From Hemiscyllium ocellatum (Eukaryota): DNA of 64,000 nucleotides. A model generated the notes under the pieces. It saw only the letters and a list, made by a program, of their open reading frames with translations, was not told the DNA's origin and made no database searches. Made by a program: the position numbers and the translations under genes. The stretch is taken from assembly GCF_020745735.1 (NCBI RefSeq), contig NC_083412.1, positions 59,486,320 through 59,550,319 on the forward strand, given 5' to 3'. Below are positions 24,846 to 38,022 of this stretch, piece by piece (positions within the stretch are counted from its first letter, which is position 1; the number at the start of each line of letters is the position of its first letter).

Positions 24846-27236
24846 GAGAAAGTGAGGACTGCAGATGCTGGAGATCAGAGCTGAAAAATGTGTTGCTGGA
24901 AAAGCACAGCAGGTCAGGCAGCATCAAAGGAGCAGGAGAATCGACGTTTTGGGCATAAGCCGTTCTTCAGGAATGAGGAAGGTGTGCCAAGCAGGCTAAG
25001 ATAAAAGGTAGGGAGGAGGGACTTGGGGGAGGGGCATTGGAAATATGATAGGTGGAAGGAGGTTAAGGTGAGGGTGATAGGCCAGAGAGTGGTTGGGGGC
25101 GGAGAGGTCGGGAAGAAGATTGCAGGTCAAGAAGGTGGTGCTGAGTCTGAGGGTTGGGACTGAGAAAAGGTGGGGGAGGGGAAATGAGAAAGCTGGAGAA
25201 ATCTGCATTCATCCCTTGTGGTTGGAGGGTTCCTAGGCATAAGATGAGGCACTCTTTCTCCAGGCGTCTTGTTGCTATAGTCTGGAGAAAGAGGAGGCCA
25301 AGGATCTACATGTCCTTGGCAGAGTGGGAGGGGGAGTTAAAGTGTTCAGCCACTGGGCGGTCGGGTGGGTTGGTGCGGGTGTCCCAGAGGTATTCTCTGA
25401 AACATTCTGAAAGTAGGCGGCCTGTCTCCCCAATAGGAGGCTACATCGGGTGCAGCGGATGCAGTAAATGATGTGTGTGGAGGTGCAGGTGAATTTGTGG
25501 CAGATATGGAATGATCCTTTGGGGCCTTGGAGGGAAGTGAGGGGGGAGGTGCAAGTTTTGCATTTCTTGCGGTTGCAAGGGAAGGTGCCGGGAGTGGAGG
25601 TTGGGTTGGTGAGGGGTGTGGATCTGACGAGGGAGTCACGAAGGGAGTGGTCTTTCCAGAATGCTGATAGAGGTGGGGAGGGAAATATAGCCTTGGTGGT
25701 GGGGTCTGTTTGGAGGTGACGGAAATGACGAAGGATGATACGATGTACCTGGAGGTTGGTGGGGTGGTAGGTGAGGACCAGTGGGGTTCTGTCCTGGTGG
25801 TGATTGGGGGAGCGGGATTCAAGGACGGAGGAGCGGGAAGTGGAGGAGATGCAGCGGAGAGCGTTGTCAACCACGTCTGAGGGGAAATTATGGTCTTTGA
25901 AGACGGAGGCCATCTGGGTTGTTCAGTATTGGAATTGGTCCTCCTGGGAGGCGAAGGCGAAGGAATTGGGAATCTGGGATGGCGTTTTTACAGGGGGCAG
26001 GGTGGGAGGAGGTGTAATCTAGGTAGAGTCGGTTGGTTTATAGTAAACGTCCGTGTTGAGTCGGTCGTCCGAGATAGAAATGCAGAGGTCTAGGAAGGGG
26101 AAGGAGGAGTCTGAGACGGTCCAGGTAAGTTTGAGGTCGGGGTGGAAGGTATTAGTAAAGTGGGTGAACTGTTCAACTTCCTTGTGGGAGCACGAGACAG
26201 CGCCAATACAGTCATCGATGTAGCGGAGGAAAAGGTGGGTGTGGTGCCAGTGAAGCTGCGTAAGATGGACTGTTCCACATATACCCACAAAGAGGCAAGC
26301 ATAGCAAGGGCCCATGCGGGTGCCCATGGCTACTTCTTTGGTTTGGAGGAAGTGGGAGGATTGGAAAGAGAAGGTGTTCAGGGTGAGGACCAGTTCAGTC
26401 AGTTGAAGGAGGGTGTCAGTGGAAGGGTACTGGTTGGTTCGGCGGGAAAGGAAGAAGTGGAGGGCTTTGAGGCCTTCATGATGGGGGATGGAGGTGTATA
26501 GGGACTGGATGTCCATAGTGAAGATAAGGCATTGGGGGACGGGGAAGTGAAAATCATGGAGGAGGTGGAGGGCGTGGGTGGTGTCCCGAACATAGGTGGG
26601 GAGTTCTTGGACTAAGGGGGACAGGACCGTGTCAAGGTATGCAGAAATGAGTTCGGTGGGGCAGGAGCAGCTGAGACAAAGGGTTGGCCGGGGCAGTCAG
26701 GTTTGTGGATTTTCGGCATGAGGTAGAAACGGGCGGTGCGGGATTGTGGGACTATGAGGTTGGAGGCGGTGGATGGGAGATCCCCTGAGGTGATGAGGTT
26801 ATGGATGGTCTGGGAGATGATGGTCTGGTAGGGTCATGGTCAAGGGGGCAGTAGGAGAAGGTGCCCATGAGCTGGCATTTAGCCTCAGCAATATAAAGAT
26901 CGGTGCGCCAAACTACCACTGCGCCTCCTTTGTCTGCCGGTTTGATGGTGAGGTTGGGGTTGGAGCGGAGGGAGTGGAGGGCAGCACGTTGCGAGGGTGA
27001 GAGGTTGGAGTGGGTGAGATGGATGGACAGGTTGAGGCGGTTAATGTCGCGGCAGCAATTGGCTATGAAGAGATCGAGGGCGGGTAAGAGGCCATCACGG
27101 GGATTCCAGATGGTTGGGGTGTGTTGGAGCCAGGAGAAGGGGTTGTCAGAGGGTGGGCGGGAGTTCTGATTGAAGAAGTAGGCATGGAGGCGAAAGCAGC
27201 AGAAGAAATGCTCGATGTCTCGTCGTGTGTTGAATT
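24846..27236 (-). mobile_element. Large Penelope-like element (RT, GIY-YIG region and terminal repeat), frameshifted
   Basis: MDIQSLYTSIPH, AMGTRMGP, RYIDD, VYYKPTDS and TCTSTHIIYCIRCTRC motifs across ORFs 26019-26516 and 25275-25913. Confidence 0.92.
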
Positions 27237-30200
27237 AGTTAACCTACCACCACTCTCTGACTTCGACCGGTTAGCCAGTTTTCAATCCAATTGGCCAAGT
27301 TTCCCTCTATCCCATGCCTCCTGACTTTCCGCATAAGCCTACCATGGGGAACCTTATCAAATGCCTTACTAAAATCCATGTACACTACATCCACTGCTCT
27401 ACCCTCATCCACATGCTTGGTCACCTCCTCAAAGAATTCAATAAGACTTGTAAGGCAAGACCTACCCTTCACAAATCCGTGCTGGCTGTCCCTAATCAAG
27501 CAGTGTCTTTCCAGATACTCATAAATCCTATCCCTCAGTATCCTTTCCATTACTTTGCCTACCACAGAAGTAAGACTAACTGGCCTGTAATTCCCGGGGT
27601 TATCCCTATTCCCTTTTTTGAACAGGAGCACAACATTCGCTACTCTCCAGTCCCCTGGTACCACCCCCGTTGACAGTGAAGACGAAAAGATCATTGCCAA
27701 CGGTACTGCAATTTCCTCTCTTGCTTCCCACATAATCCTTGGATATATCCCGTCAGGCCCGGGGGACTTGTCTATCCTCAAGTTGTTCAAAATGTCCAAC
27801 ACATCTTCCTTCCTAACAAGTATCTCATCTAGCTTACCAGTCCGTTTCACACTCTCCTCTTCAACAATACGGTCCCTCTCATTCGTAAATACTGAAGAAA
27901 AGTACTTGTTCAAGACCTCTCCTATCTCTTCCGACTCAATACACAATCTCCCACTACTGTCCTTGATCGGACCTACCCTCGTTCTTGTCATTCTCATGTT
28001 TCTCACATACGCATAAAATGCCTTGGGGTTATCCTTGATCCTATCCGCCAAGGATTTTTCATGCCCTTTCTTAGCTCTCCTGATCCCTTTCTTCAGGTCC
28101 CTTCTGGCTATCCTGTATCCCTCCACTGCTCTGTCTGAACCCTGTTTCCTCAACCTTATGTAAGCCTCCTTCTTCCTCTTTACTAGACATTCAACCTCCC
28201 TCGTCAACCAAGGCTCCCTCACACGACCATTTCTTTCCTGCCTGATAGGTACATACATATCAAGGACGCGTCGTATCTGCTCCTTGAAAAAGTTCCACAT
28301 TTCCACCACATGCTTCCCTGACAGCCTATGCTTCCAACTTATGCTCCTCAAATCCTGTCTTACAGCATCGTAATTTCCCTTCCCCCAATTGTAAAATCTA
28401 CCCTGTTGTGCGCACCTATCTCTCTCCATAACCAAGGTGAAAGTCACAGAATTGTGATCACCATCACCAAAATGTTCACCCACTAACAAGCCCATCACTT
28501 GTCCCCAGTTCATTACCGAGTACCAAATCCAATATGGCCTCCCCTCTGGTTGGACAATCTACATACTGAGTTAGAAAAGCTTCCTGGACACACTGCACAA
28601 ACACCGCTCCATGTAATCTATTTGATCTAAAGAGCTTCCAATCAATATTTGGGAAGTTGAAGTCGCCCATGACTACGACCCTGTGGCTTCTGCACCTTTC
28701 CAAAATCTGTTTCCCAATCTGTTCCTCCACATCTCTGCTGCTATTGGGGGGCCTATAGTAAACACCCAACAAGGTGACTGCACCTTTCCTATTTCTGACT
28801 TCAGCCCATACTACCTCCAAAGGCAGATCCCCCTCAAACTGCCTTTCTGCAGCCGTTATACCATTTCTAATTAGCAATGCCACCCCCCCTCCTTTTTTAC
28901 CACCCTCCCTAATCTTATTGAAACATCTGTAACCAGGAACCTCCAACAACCATTCCTGTCCCTCATCTATCCACGTTTCCGTGATGGCCACAACATCATA
29001 GTCCCAGGTACCGATCCATGCCTTAAGTTCACCCACCTTATTTCTGATACTTCTTGCGTTGAAGTATACGCACTTGAGCCCATCTCTGTGTCCGCAAGTA
29101 TTCCCTGTCAGTGCTACCTTCTCCACAGCCTCCCTACATTCTTGGACATCCTGAAACACAGCTAGCTTACTTGCTGGACTACAAGTCCGGATCCCATCCC
29201 CCTGCCAAATTAATTTAAACGCCCCCGAAGAGTGCTAGCAAACCTACCCCCCAGGATATTGGTGCCCTTCTGGTTCAGGTGCAACCCGTCCTGTTTGTAC
29301 AGGTCCCACCTTCCCCAGAATGCAGTCCAATTGTCCAAATACCTGAAGCCCTCCCTCCTACACCATCCTTGCAGCCACGTGTTCAACTGCACTCTCTCCC
29401 TATTCCTTGCCTCACTGTCACGTGGCACCGGCAACAACCCAGAGATGACGACTCTGTCTGTCCTAGCTTTTAGCTTCCAGCCTAACTCCCTGAGTTCTTG
29501 AATGACCTCCCCACCCCTCTTCCTACCTATGTCATTGGTGCCAATGTGTACCACGACTTCTGGCTGCACACCCTCCCCCTTAAGGATTCTGAAGACACGG
29601 TCCGAGACGTCTCAGACCCTGGCTCCCGGGAGGCAACAAACCATTCGAGAGTCTCACCCATGTCCACAGAACCGCCTGTCCGTCCCTCTACCTAGAGAGT
29701 CTCCTATAACTAGCGCTCTCCTGCTCTCCCCCTTTCCTTTCTTAGTCTCAGAGCCAGACCTCACGTCACAGACCCCTTCACTGCAGCTTACCCCTGCAAG
29801 GCTGTCCCCCCCAACAGTTTCCAAAGCTGTATACCTATTTTTTAGGGGAACGACCACAGGGGAACCCTGCACTGCCTGCTTCTTCCCCTTCCCACCTCTA
29901 ACTGTTACCCAGCTACCTCTGTTCTCCGGCGTAACTATGTCCCTGTAGCTTCTATCAATCACCCTCTCAGCCTCTCGAATAATCCTCAGTTCATCTAACT
30001 CCAGTTCCAGTTCCCTAACTCGTTCGGTGAGGAGCAGGATCTGACTGCATTTCCTGCAGACGAAGTCGGCAGGAGTATCGGTGGTCACCCCTACCTCAAA
30101 CATCCTGCAAGAGGAACATTCCACTGCCTGCGCTGCCATGACTGTACACTTTGTCTCCAAAACAAGAACACTGAGTCAATAACACTGAGTCGCTTACCTG

Positions 30201-31342
30201 TGGACTTTAAAGTTAGGTTAGGTTAGAGGAGGAGGGTGGGAGGGAGGTCCTAGGAAGTAGGGCCTGAGGTCTAGAACACACCCGTTCAAATACTACTCAC
30301 TGTCTCAGGAGACATGGATGACCTGCTTAAAACATGGGAGCAGGACTTGGGACTAGAAATCTCTGAGGATATGTGGAATGACATTTGGGAAAATGCTAGA
30401 AGAATTGCTATCTGTAACAGAACTCAGGCTATCCAACTAAAGATACTTCATAGGGCCCATATAGCTCCGGCTCGACTGGCAAAATTTAAGGCAGGAGCAT
30501 CTCCAATGTGTCCTAAATGCAAAATAGAGGTGGGTACTCTTGTACATTGTCTGTGGACTTGTCAGAAAATCCGCAGATACTGGACTAAAGTGGCAAATAC
30601 CCTGACAGAAATTTTAGGAATGGAAATTAGGGTGGACCCTGTATCTCTCCTTTTGGGCTTTTCGAACCTCTCATCTCTGGATATGCATGGGAAGAGACTA
30701 TTTTCTATTCTCTCTTTCTGTGCAAGGAAAAATATTTTGGTGAACTGGGTGGCTGAGGGCCCCCTGGACTTTCAAATTGGCACAGATTAATTATGGAATA
30801 TATCCCCCTTGACTTCCTCACAAATATGGTGCACCGAAAGACTGAATTATCTTATAAAATATGGCAGCCCTTTTTGAATTATATAAATGCAGATATTTCG
30901 GCTATCCTAACAAGGGCTTTTATTTAGTGAAGATTTCAGACCGGGCTGCTCCGGGGCCCCTTAGGAGAGGAATCCTACGCGAATATGGGTTTTATTATAT
31001 TTGATGTTTATACATTCCGAGCATGTAAGAGACTTAGGTATACACTCTGGTTAGTTATAGGTTAGATTAGTAGAAAGTTGAGTTTTTTTTCTATTTTTTT
31101 CATTTCTTTTTTTTCTTTTTTTGTTTTCTTTCTTTCTCTTTTCTTTGTTAAATTATGACTATTGTATATATGATTTAATTGTACATCAATGTTTGTATTT
31201 GAGAGTTTTGTTTATTTTTGTAAATTTGCAAAAATGTTAAATTTCAATAAAAATATCTACAAAAAAAAATACTACTCACTTACCTTCCCGACCAGCTCTA
31301 CGCTCCGACCTCACTTCCGCCCGGTTCGCGCCGCTCTACGCG
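27237..31342 (-). mobile_element. CR1 LINE with intact 5' end: 5' UTR, ORF1 (zinc finger, coiled coil, SGNH esterase), ORF2 endonuclease and N-terminal RT; 3'-truncated at the Penelope junction
   Basis: ORF 29654-30160 CSSC..C..C, LELELDEL, GDS; ORF 29210-29569 HIGTND, DGLHLN; ORF 28476-29159 NARS, ETW, YRPP, GDFN; ORF 27239-28513 RT to DFSKAFDKV; CpG-rich 5' end at 31281-31342. Confidence 0.95.
30302..31266 (+). mobile_element. 5'-truncated L1 LINE (ORF2 C-terminal Cys-rich region, 3' UTR, polyA) with 14-bp TSD, inserted in the CR1 5' UTR
   Basis: CPKC...GTLVHCLWTC..I..YW motif; AATAAA then A-run at 31246-31269; AAATACTACTCACT at 30288-30301 and 31267-31280. Confidence 0.92.
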
Positions 31343-31720
31343 GTGAAAAGAGTTGTTGATGTCTCATCCCCTGTCAAAATGACATCTTCAGTGCTTTGGT
31401 TTCCAGTTGTTCATTGTAGTGGCCAGTACATTGGGTCTAGGTTTATATGCTTGTTGATGGAGTCAGTGGATGAGTGCCATCCTTTTAGAAGCTCTCATTC
31501 AAGGATTCCATCAACAGGCATGTATACCTAGACCCTACATACAGTAACATCTTACTGGAACTGGCAACCAGAAACAGCAGGAATGGAACCAAATAAATTC
31601 CAGAAGATACAGTACAGCAGCACTTCACAGGAGGCTCCAAAGCACTGAGGATGTCACTTACACTGGGAATGAAACATCTGCAAATCAACTTTCCAGCTTA
31701 GCGAACATACCTACAACGAC
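31343..31720. mobile_element. Head-to-head inverted pair of family-B Penelope 3' fragments
   Basis: 31431-31464 is the approximate reverse complement of 31504-31537; both arms run to degenerate CTGA.GATGTC hammerhead-like motifs. Confidence 0.7.
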
Positions 31721-34700
31721 GACAACTCTAAGTTTCTTCCCAGCCCTGAGAACAATGTCAATGTCCCCCTCACTATACTATCACCTACTTCTGGTATGTT
31801 GCTTCTTGCTCTCTCCAGTTGAGTAGCATGGTGCTATGATTGGATGACTCATCCACCATATGGCCCTCACTCTCATCTATATCAGCTGAGAAAATCTCAA
31901 ACATTTTGGACAATCACAAAGACTGAGACTCCTACAATCCTTTGGAGTCACTGTCAGAGTCACACCTTCCTGTCCCTGAACACTGAGCAAATTAGAACAA
32001 ACTGTCCTAAGGAGTGGGACCACCTCCTGTTACAACAATTCCAGTTAGCTTTCCTTCTCCCTGATATGTTACAGTCTCTGCTACTCAGCCTCCTGTTTGT
32101 AAACTTTAAGAATTAAAGTTCATGCTGCTGCAGAAAGTCACTGCTGTTTCCCTTGAATCACTGGTAAACAGCAGCTCCCACATTTTGCATTGTAACACAT
32201 CAAATACCTAACCATCATTTTTACACAATAATTGATTTATGGAGTTAGCTTCATGGGTTAACAAATCAATAAAGCCGACTCTAAATAATTTTAATACTGA
32301 GAGTAAATGTTACCTAAAGTGGGTTTCTTGCTGTTTTCAAGGTCTTGGGCAGCTTCTCCTTGTTGTAATACTGGATTTGTTCACGATTAGTCAAGCATAT
32401 ACTTATAGGGAGTTAATGATAACATATGTATCATTATGCCATGTGATGTTTGTGTATTAAGGTACTGGCCCCACCTTGAATAACAGCTTTCAAAGATATT
32501 CTGAACACTATGTATTTTCTAGTCCATCAGTATGAGTTTGTTAACCAGCTTGCTAAATGATAGAGCACAGGGAATATTGGTGTCTGTGATAAAATTGAAA
32601 TGTCGAAACTCAACTGCAGCTAGATGCAATGGAACATAATAGTATCCATGAGGTCAAGTTCCACATTGGTTAATGAAATGTTAATGCTGGTGTGGTAAAA
32701 GAAATGGGAGTATTTATCTCTGCTGGCTGCAAGTGACTGAATCTTGAAAACATGAAGCCAAGAAATCAGCCTTTGTTCAATAAAGAGTGCAGGAGGATAT
32801 GCTAGAAAAAACAGAAGGCATATTTAAAACTGAGGCATTAACCTGGTGAAGCTAAAAAAACAGAGCCACTTGTGTGTCTAACATCTTAACAGCAAAACAG
32901 CTAAGCAATTGCTCAACCAACAAATCAGATCTAAGCCTTACAGTCCTGCCACATCCAATTGGTAATAATGGTGGACAAATAAACAACTCAGTGGGAGAGA
33001 GAATCTCCAAAAATATCTCCATCCTGCGGAGCAAAATTTTTGCACGGCTGCAGTTTTGTGCAACACCACCCCCAATGGAAAAGGGTTTCCCAACTTTGTT
33101 ATGGACCAGGCCAGATCCCTCAAAACATTTCAAGAAGGTGGCCCAGCCCCTAACTTGGCTAGTTGGTTTAAGCATGTGTAAAGTGGATATTCCAGAAGAA
33201 ATGCCATTGGTCAAATCACTTAGTTTTAATCAAAACAGAATTTATTTAAACTGAAGTAGAGCATGCTGGGATTGTTGACTAAATTTGTAGAGCATGCTGG
33301 GATCATTGACTAATTTTTGTGCAATTTGTGCTAAATCATTGCTAAAGTGCTGACTGATGCAGGAGCAGACAAAAGTGGAAGTATGACCATCACCAAATAA
33401 AACCACAAACTCAAAACAACTTGTTGTTGCAGTTTCAGCAGATCGGAAACTGCTCAGATAACAGCCATGGGTCTTTCTGTCTGAAGAATTTATTACATGA
33501 TTGAAATTGTATGCTTTGCTGTAACTCAAAAATATAGAGGGCATTGAATTTTGTAATTGGAGAGATAGCTTGGTCAAAGCCTATATTTGAGGTGACCTCA
33601 CTGCTCCCAAAGCTCTTGTTAAATAAACTGTATCTGATTCACTGCTAAATTTGAATTTGTGCATTGTTTTTCCTACAACGACAGGATTACTGAATGCAAC
33701 ACAAACAACAGAAAACAGAATACCGAATAACTAAACCTCTCCAAAAAACCAACAGATCATCCCAATTAAATGATGCTGTTTCAAATACTTGCAACAATCC
33801 CCATGAACATTCCTTTGCACAAAAGGTAAAATCGAACACAGGTCCTTACTGGAGAGAAGTCAGAGAGAGTATCAGTCCAGACCTGCTTCTCTGGGTTCTG
33901 CAGCTTTTCCACACAACTGCTGAAAAACCAAACGAAACCAGAGGAAAGCTGATCAGGGAGAACTGGCCACTCCCCTTTCTTTGTATAAGTGTCTTTTTAA
34001 TAAAAAAACTTGAAAGACTTCTGCCTGGGGCAATATCTGTTAGCTATTATCAATTGTCCCTAAACCCTTCAGCCCCAGACTCTTCAGAGTCTGTGTTGTT
34101 TATGACCTTTCTGAAAAAAAAAGTCAAGGACACATAACCTTATTAAAGTAGCAATTTCATTACTACTTTAATACAACTTAGGCTCAACTGCCAGTGTGAA
34201 TGCACTTGCCCAGCAACCAATTGTCAAACCATTCCCAGACACAAGATCTTTTTTCAGAGGCAATCGGGAATAGAAGAGACACATGACAAATGAGCAATTA
34301 GAAGGCTACCGCAACTGAGCACTGGACAGATTACAACTTAGAAATACAAATACAAGTACTTGGATAACCACAAAGGTTTCTAGAATATGTAACCAACCCA
34401 GATAATGCAAGGTTATTACTGATCATGGTATTACACCATTAAGGAACAGAGGCTAACTCAAACTGATGTACAGCACATCAATCATGTGTGAAGACAGTGG
34501 TGAAGAAAACTTGGATAATATGATTATGTGGTAATATTGAATGACAGCAACATTTGGTTTGAGGGGTGGAATGGCCTGTTCCTACTTCTTATGACCTTAT
34601 CATTGGATACTTGTTAAATTTTGTGATGGTGCGTGCCTCTACCAGCCTTCCAGGTAATGTATTCCAGATACCCCCCACATGCTGGGTGAAAATATTCTTC

Positions 34701-37269
34701 CTTAAATCCCTCCCAAACCCCCTTTACCTTGAATCTATGCTCCCTTAATAATGATTGGTCTTATAAGAGAAAAAGTTTCTCAGAGCTATATCAAAGTTTA
34801 AATTGTTATTTGGACGCACAGAACTTGTGTATTAATTGAGTATGGGTTTTGAAGAACAGTCACTTGGATCCGAAACTTTAATTTTGTTTCTCTCTCCACA
34901 AATACTGCCAGGATTGCTGAGTTTCTCCAGCATTTTTCTGGTTTAATTGAGTATTCATGGATGTGTCTTTATTAATACTGCACTGTACCAAAAATGAATT
35001 GCTCATCTTGAAAAGTCTGTTTTAACTGTTTGCATAATGATCAAACTGAGAACATTTGGCTTTGGTTAGGATGATTTCATGTTTGGAAGAAGGGGGCTGT
35101 TTCATGGTCAGTATATTCGTATAGGAGGCATTGTTATGCTATCGTCACTATATCGTAGCATGTGACATGAGACTTTAAAGATCTCAGAATCTATGTTAAC
35201 ACCGTCCGTTTGATTTATTGCATACTGATGCGGGCAAACTACTCTTCGTCACCAACAGATTAATGTTACTCCAGACATTGTGGGGAGAATCTTTTTACGG
35301 GCCTGATCGATGGCAAGAAATGTGTGTTTAAACATTCCTCAACGCACCTTTAGTAGAGAGCCGGTGGAAATCCAGGAAAAAAAACGAAATGACCGTCTTT
35401 CACTGAAATTACAATTAAAATGTTACTTTATAGTCCTGTTCCTCGTTGTATTGTCATGTTCTCTTTTCAAGAAAAACAGGTTTAATTTAGAAATCAATGT
35501 CATTTTGAGGAGGCAGAAGAAAGGAACTGAGGTAAAAAATTGGGACAATTTGCTCTCTGAACAGTGTGATGGACTCTAAGAATTTAAGATTTGTTTTTTG
35601 TGACAAACCAAACTGAAAAAGAAACAACTTTCTGCAATATGCAAATGAGATTAGCAATCAAAACCTAAGGTTTCTTTGGAAAATGAAACTGGTTGCCGTC
35701 AAGTACTGTAATAGGACCAGGACACATCTGAGCTTAGATACTGAGGCCAGAAGTGTTGGTTAGACAAACTAGAGAATTGGGATTGGGAAAACTGGCAGTT
35801 GCTGCAGCTGCTTCTTTTACTTGAAGTCGATGTTGATGGGTCTACCTCCATCAATACCACTATAAGTAAAGTTGAAGTGTTGCCACAGACATGAACTATT
35901 TTGCTCAGTGTTGTACCCATGGATTGGTTTGGTGCTGCTGTTTGCTGGGGATTCGACTAAATGCTAGAAACAAAGGGAGCCAGAGGTCAACTTGTTGTGA
36001 TTCACTACTTTGAGATTCTCGATGGTTCAGATTAGTGCTATATCTGAAGTGTGGACTGCCTCATAAATCTAGGACATATTGGTGTCATAGCTGATATTTC
36101 CTGTATAATTTGTAGCTCATATTGACCACCGTGCCTTAGTTCCCTCTGAAACTGTTAATTTTAGTTTGCCTAGTACAGTAAACGATTTAAAGTGGAATCT
36201 TATTTGATGACAACCAGTTTCATTAACCCCAGAAAGCTTAGGTTTTGATTTCTAATCTCATTTGCAAGTTGCAGGAAGTAGTTTCTTTCTTTTTCTGGTT
36301 GGTTTGTTACAAAAACAAATTGATTCCTTTTTTTCGGGGTCATCTGGGAAGCTCATCGCGACAGAAATACTGTCGGAGTTGGGCGGGGGACCGGCTTTAC
36401 CATTGGCTGAACTGTACTCATCATCTAAATACTATGACTACAAAAACCAGGGTGGGAGTAGAACAGCCTGCGGGGAATAATTCACCAGCTGACGCCCGAA
36501 AGCCTGTCCACTAGCTGTGTAGGTGCAGTTCAACAAAGCACATCAAGCACATTCAACTCAATACCATCCAGGACAAAACAGCTCACTTGATGGGTAGACC
36601 ACCCACAACTTACACATTCTCCCACAGCAGCAGTATTGACAAGATACATTGCAATAACTCACTTTGGCTCCATAGGTCATGGTTTCCAAATAGATCAAGG
36701 CCAGCAGTTCCATCTCCTGCGAATTCCCCTCCAAGGTCACACCCCAACTGACTTGAAATTATCCCGCAATACCTTCGCTGGCACAGGGGGGAGAATGTGG
36801 CCAGTCCTTCCCTACCTTGGGTGTAGCAACTTGCCAAAGACTGCAGCAGTTCCCCACCACCTTATCAAAGACAAGGAGGGAACGACAAAACTGCAGGCCT
36901 TGCCGGGGGCACCCACATAAGGAGTGAATCGAGAAACGAAATTGAAGAGGAACTAGAAGAAAATGGTCTCGAAAATACTCGTAAAATTGGAAGCTGCACA
37001 CACCGATCAAAATTCATATTCAGGCCTAATATTCATCATTCACACCTCACAGCCTTCAGGGATTTCATGAACTAACTGCAGATTTTCTCAGTATTACCTG
37101 AATTCTAGATAAGATCCATTATTTGAAATTCATGTGGTTTTTAGATGTAATTATTTCGAATTTTTAAGGATATTTACTATGTTAGGTTGGAGCGAATCTA
37201 TCGGTTAATTTAAAATTAAACGATACCACTTTAATCTCCTGTAAACCGTGGTACAGGATTTGTTGGTTT

Positions 37270-37489
37270 GCTCATGAAGGGGAACTTAACTTGCTATTGC
37301 ACAGAAGCAGTGAATATCCCGGCACTGACCGGTTGAGTGTTGCTATTCCTTTCTGTCTGTGAGCAGCAGTGAGTGTGATGTGAGTCAGTGAGCGGTCCAC
37401 CCCCCGCACCAAGGTCGCTGTGACCGGCATTTCCTGCACAATGACCAACAGCTCCAAGTAACCAGTGAGACAGCGTCATCCTCAGGAAC
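37270..37489 (+). promoter_or_regulatory. Putative proximal promoter/5' UTR of the VJ-C1 receptor gene
   Basis: GGGGAACT (PU.1/Spi-like) near 37280, TGAGTCA (AP-1) at 37381-37387, CATTTCCTG (reverse-strand ETS core) near 37428; motif matches only. Confidence 0.3.
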
Positions 37490-37526
37490 ATGGGCTCAGC
37501 TCTCAGGCTCTGGCTCTTCCTCTTGG
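37490..37526 (+). CDS. VJ-C1-ITIM receptor exon 1: leader MGSALRLWLFLL(G)
   Basis: ATG in good context (GGAACATGG), hydrophobic core, donor G|GTAAGG, phase 1, 95-bp intron to the V exon. Confidence 0.88.
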
Positions 37527-37621
37527 GTAAGGATTGCCTTTGATTCCAGGGAGCAATCATTGCAGTTAGACTCGGGCTCTGTGGAGATGATGTTCCCATT
37601 TGTTGTCACATTATGTTCCAG

Positions 37622-37957
37622 GGCCTGTTGTCCCTCTGGAAGTGATTGAGTCTCCTCCAGCTCTCTCCCTCCTGAGAGGGCAGACCGCTCGGATTAACTG
37701 CAGCCTGATACCGGGAGAGGAGCGGGCGGAGCTGGTGAGATATTATTGGTGTCGGGCAAGAGACAATCCTGACTTCAGCGGCAACGGATCCAGGAACTTC
37801 CTGCAAAACAGCCCTCGTGTGTCAGTGTCAGAGAGTTTCCTCATTATCCGGGAGCTGATGGTGAATGATTCTGACACTTACCGCTGTGTGGTTCTCAGAG
37901 AGAAACCTCGGCCCTGGAAATACTTCCAGGGAAATGGAACAACATTGAACATCCAAG
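37622..37957 (+). CDS. VJ-C1-ITIM receptor exon 2: germline-joined VJ-type IgV domain
   Basis: Acceptor TTATGTTCCAG, donor G|GTAATT; 336 bp; LEVIESPPALSLLRGQTARINC...YYW...FLIIRELMVNDSDTYRC...FQGNGTTLNIQ. Confidence 0.95.
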
Positions 37958-38002
37958 GTAATTGTGGAAGATCCGAAATATTCAGCAGGAAGGGCTGCAT
38001 CT

Positions 38003-38022
38003 GGAGAGAGAGAGAGAGAGAG
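38003..38022 (+). repeat. (GA)n microsatellite in the V-C1 intron
   Basis: Direct reading of GAGAGAGA run. Confidence 0.9.

Noticed and set aside
32852-33254. Overlapping 120-126 aa ORFs as a host gene
   Set aside because: No recognisable domain or splice context, and they follow a LINE remnant directly.
33230-34170. Solo LTR on the minus strand, including ORF 33694-34137
   Set aside because: Composition is suggestive but I could not identify both termini, a TSD or a second copy.
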